DNA from: Neoechinorhynchus agilis
Lineage: Eukaryota; Animalia; Acanthocephala
Length of the DNA stretch: 64,000 nucleotides
Assembly (NCBI GenBank): GCA_051530055.1
Contig: CM121341.1
Span: 2,136,638-2,200,637 of the forward strand
Direction: 5' to 3'
Position numbers and translations under genes: made by a program
Shown: in pieces, positions 61,401 through 64,000 of the stretch
Layout of the letters: the number at the start of each line of letters is the position of its first letter
Numbering within the stretch: position 1 is the first letter of the stretch
Notes under the pieces: generated by a model
What the model was told of the DNA's origin: nothing
The model's input: only the letters and a program-made list of their open reading frames with translations
The model's database searches: none

Positions 61401-61430
61401 TATGACGAGGCCGTAGTCGTACGATGAGGT
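58430..61430 (+). mobile_element. RTE-clade LINE relic (APE plus RT start) with a tandemly multiplied RT segment
   Basis: LFYSGGASGRNGVGVIV...SDRVMALK...IVSAYAP; KIILGEEC..QHRVL; YRGIKIMSHTMKLCERVID...QRGFMP; RAYDTVPR. A 579-bp unit repeats ~3.2 times from ~59570. Confidence 0.9.
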
Positions 61431-62080
61431 GGTTAATAATTCCAATCACGTTCCCCGGTACCGCACATATCGACATTAACTCTCTTCATTCCTAAGTTGC
61501 TGTATAAGCTGCTGTTCAAGACCCAGAAGGTGGTAGCGTCGAATATTGCACAAAACGAGGTGCAAAATGGCCAGTTGTCAATCACGACCAAACAATGATT
61601 TAGCAAGTGAACGCAATAACTTTCGACGCTTGATTAAGGAAGCTTTTTTAATCAAAGAACAGAAATCGGATATAAATGGCCGTCTTCATAGCTAAAAATT
61701 AAACAACACAATCAAACAAAAGTTCGTGTGAGAGCTGAATTACAATTTAGCCACTTGTATTTTAGGACTGATTATGAGCCCGACGAGGTTCGAAACGTTT
61801 TTATTAAAAAATTGTTTACTGGGTGAAAATTTAAAAAATAAGTCGCTTTATCGTTGGACAGTCTTCCGATTTAGGAAGCTCGTCGAAAATATTCAAGGCT
61901 TTTGCTTCAACTCAATCGCTTTAAATGATCGTGCTTCTTAAATTTGACATTTCGGAATTTTTATCTTATGGATCGAATTATACTTTTTGAACACTAAAAA
62001 TGGGTGTAAACGTTCAGTCTCAATTTGTTAATAAAAGTGACCGGAAAGTTTTATACTTTATTTGAAGTGCTTTTTGCACA

Positions 62081-62969
62081 TTAAATTCTAGTAATAAGTT
62101 CTTGTGAATTTAAAGAATCCATTTCGATCGAATCAGAATCGTTCCATTTTTGGAAAATCCGAATTGGTTTTTCATCGGCAAAATCCTTTATTAATGGCTC
62201 GAAAGCTTCTATGACTTGTTCCATATTTGAGATATTTTTTGGAAACGGATCGACAGCAGAATTCGTTCTAAATGTTCTAAATTTTTTGGCGAAAAATTGT
62301 CCGCTAAAAAATGGCTAACCTTCTCTGACGCTTTGATCGCCCAGCAATGAATCCGTCGCCAAATAATCGAAATAAATTCGTTCCCAGGATGAACGTAGCA
62401 ATTTGCGAAGCCATAACGGAAATAATCGAAATTAAACCACATGCAATCGATAAATAAAATGTATAGCAGAATTGATGAGATTTTTCTTTCACAAAAAATA
62501 CGAAGAATCCCATTCCGAAAGCGTGGCAGGTCACTGAAAAATAAACGGATTAAACGGAAGGCCGATTTTAAAAATTTACTTACAAGAGATTTGTCCAAGG
62601 ACCGAGGAAACTTGCAGCCACAAGATCCGCACTCGTCCTTGGGATACAAAATGAAATACGGCCATAAGAAAAGCCGCAATTTCGAATCCGGCGCTCATAA
62701 CCAGCAACGTGCCTATTAGTTTTCCTAACGAAAGGAATTTTATAAAAGAAACAAGAAGGAAACTTACTTTCAATGAGAAGGAAGTAAATCGGAGGCAAAA
62801 GCGATGTCTTATTTCTGTATGAATGGCCGAAGATTCTAATGGTGAAATCCGTATTTGGAACTCGCGTCCACGGATGATGGTTGCATATTGAAATCCAGCT
62901 TAAAATTGAAGTAACAAAGAACAACATCGCAATCGCGAAACTCAATGCTTTGAACGTTGTAGGATTCAT
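62081..62969 (-). CDS. Claudin-like gene, copy 2 (offset 5757 bp)
   Basis: Same exon structure; part of a direct duplication of ~56105-58000 at ~61905-64000. Confidence 0.7.
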
Positions 62970-63011
62970 TAGGTGCTATCGATAAATCTGTAGGAGTTTG
63001 GGATGGATGCA

Positions 63012-63287
63012 AGATATTCTTAAGTTGTGCGTTGGCGAATCCTGCCCCCGGTGCTTTCGTTACTCATTTATATTCGAAATATTTCACAAGGTTTTCCTTG
63101 CCTCTTCAGTCGATATTGTTTGCAAGTTTTTTCACTTGTGAATTGCAAACAATATCGACTGAAGAGGCAAGGAAAACCTTGTGAAATATTTCGAATATAA
63201 ATGAGTAACGAAAGCACCGGGGGCAGGATTCACCAACGCACAATCAAATTCACCCCGAAGACAATGATATATGAGATATTCTTAAGT
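63012..63287. mobile_element. 262-bp foldback insertion with 14-bp target-site duplication and hammerhead motifs (family HH-C)
   Basis: Absent from the paralogous site at ~57255-57268. AGATATTCTTAAGT at 63012-25 and 63274-87; ~105-bp arms with one mismatch; TCGA-CTGAAGA-G-GCAAGG-AAAA-CCTTGT-GAA-AT-AT-T-TCGA at 63155-63194. Confidence 0.88.
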
Positions 63288-64000
63288 AACACTCGTTTCA
63301 GACTACAAGCATTTTCCGTCCAAATATGTTTTTCTTATTGTTTGGAGTTTTGAAGGCAAACAAAAAACATTTATTGTTTATCTTGTTTTTCCCCAAAAAA
63401 AAACACCATGTTTCGAAAAACATAATTTAACCAATAAATATAATTTCAGTTTCAATTAGCGATGTTTGATTCAGAAAATAGATTTATATTTAAAATTTTC
63501 GGCCTTTTCGTTGGCCTTCTTCAGTCAATCCACAATTTAAAAGAAGCATTTTCAAATAGTTTATCCGGTGGGACTCGCAGACTGAGTTTATAGTCAACTA
63601 TTTGACAATGCTTCTTTTGAATTGTAGATTGACTGAAGAAGGCCAACGAAAAGGCTGAAAATGTTCATTTCTGAATCAAACATCGCTAATTGAAACTGAA
63701 ACTATAATGAATAATTTCTTTGCAATAAAAAATATAAAGCGGTCATTATTTTTATGATCGCTGATTAAATGTTTGTTTTCAAACTTGAAATACTTAATTC
63801 CTTCAATAGAAAAAACATTTTGCTGGCACGAGTATTCCTTAATAAAACGAACGATTATTAGTTTAACGGTAATTCTTTATTTTTTCGGCAAAAAGAATTT
63901 ATAATGGGTTAGCGCCGCCGGTCTGGATCACTCTGCTGCCATCCTGGTGCAACGCTCCAAATTACGGACGCAGCGTTCCTTTCCGTTTCAAAGCCAAGCT

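Overview
AT-rich, compact eukaryotic DNA, most likely a fast-evolving invertebrate animal (inferred from Fox, claudin-like and mucin genes, 43-52 nt GT-AG introns and Gypsy/CRE/RTE/Penelope relics; species not determinable). Host genes supported by sequence: a divergent NAT10/Kre33 (three exons), a FoxO-like forkhead gene, a 4-EF-hand calmodulin-like gene, a duplicated claudin-like gene, an mL52-like mitoribosomal protein, a ~4.3 kb Thr/Glu/Gly polyanionic mucin-like gene and several unknown genes in local direct or inverted duplications. Much of the rest is nested retroelement debris. The most interesting signals are RNA-level. (1) A tRNA-headed SINE-like element at 26.8-27.0 kb carries a complete hammerhead core whose three strands are in a non-circularly permuted order. 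(2) Three unrelated repeat families carry minimal Penelope-type hammerheads with different stem sequences around the same core, one as a recent 262-bp foldback insertion. (3) Both NAT10 introns appear non-GT-AG, with self-complementary ends, although other introns in the window are canonical. All alignments and folds were done by eye, so relic boundaries are approximate. Some frameshifts and duplications may be assembly artefacts.
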